DNA from: Octopus bimaculoides
Taxonomy: Eukaryota
DNA length: 64,000 bases
Reading direction: 5' to 3'
NCBI RefSeq assembly: GCF_001194135.2
Contig: NC_068985.1
Coordinates: forward strand, 866,245-930,244
A program made the translations under genes and the position numbers. Each line of letters starts with the position of its first letter. The stretch's first letter is position 1. Shown piece after piece: positions 63,701 to 64,000 of this stretch. The notes under the pieces are model-generated. The model ran no database searches and was not told the origin of the DNA. It was given only the letters and a program-made list of their open reading frames with translations.

Positions 63701-64000
63701 GAGATGTATGTGTCCTTGTGTTGTATATGGAGTTTAGGTATTGTATATGTAAGTCGTTTTCAGCCAGAATAAAATAGGAGACACTAATATGTAAGAGCTG
63801 AGACTCCTTCTTTCCCAAATGTCACTAATGACATCATTAAGAAACTATAAGAGGATAAAGCTCTTAATAAAATGTAGAGAGATCATCAGATGAGCTGCTG
63901 CTGTTGTGGCCTTGTTTGTTTGAACTTCATTGATACTTACACCTGAGATCCAAAACTATTGAAAAAGATAAAAATGTCTGTAACTCAATAAGACTGAGAA

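Overview
AT-rich, repeat-dominated eukaryotic DNA from a gapped draft assembly. Ten N-runs (8935-9184, 17487-18234, 23735-23744, 26998-27007, 28983-29790, 43818-44538, 47473-47622, 49745-49976, 56826-57159, 62894-63449) total about 3.8 kb, and most abut microsatellites. The repeat mix resembles Octopus or another coleoid cephalopod (inference from pattern recognition, no search run). I can support no complete protein-coding gene, rRNA, true tRNA or CRISPR array; nearly all long ORFs in the track are microsatellite, N-gap or antisense-to-transposon artefacts. Supported content: decayed RTE LINEs with (GAT)n tails, two families of restriction-like-endonuclease (R4/Dong-type) LINE fragments, CR1-type LINE ends, a Gypsy 5' LTR-PBS-gag stub, an internally deleted mariner, a 568-bp mariner fold-back, hAT- and piggyBac-type non-autonomous elements, and many tRNA-derived SINEs from at least three families. 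The best leads are two Penelope-type minimal hammerhead motifs (one back-to-back with a Pol III tRNA-like head), RLE LINEs apparently tied to (TACA)n and (TAA)n microsatellites, a candidate terminal exon whose TAG sits at the base of a stem-loop ahead of an open His/Gln-rich frame, and a pre-miRNA-sized hairpin. All are hypotheses that need database or RNA data.
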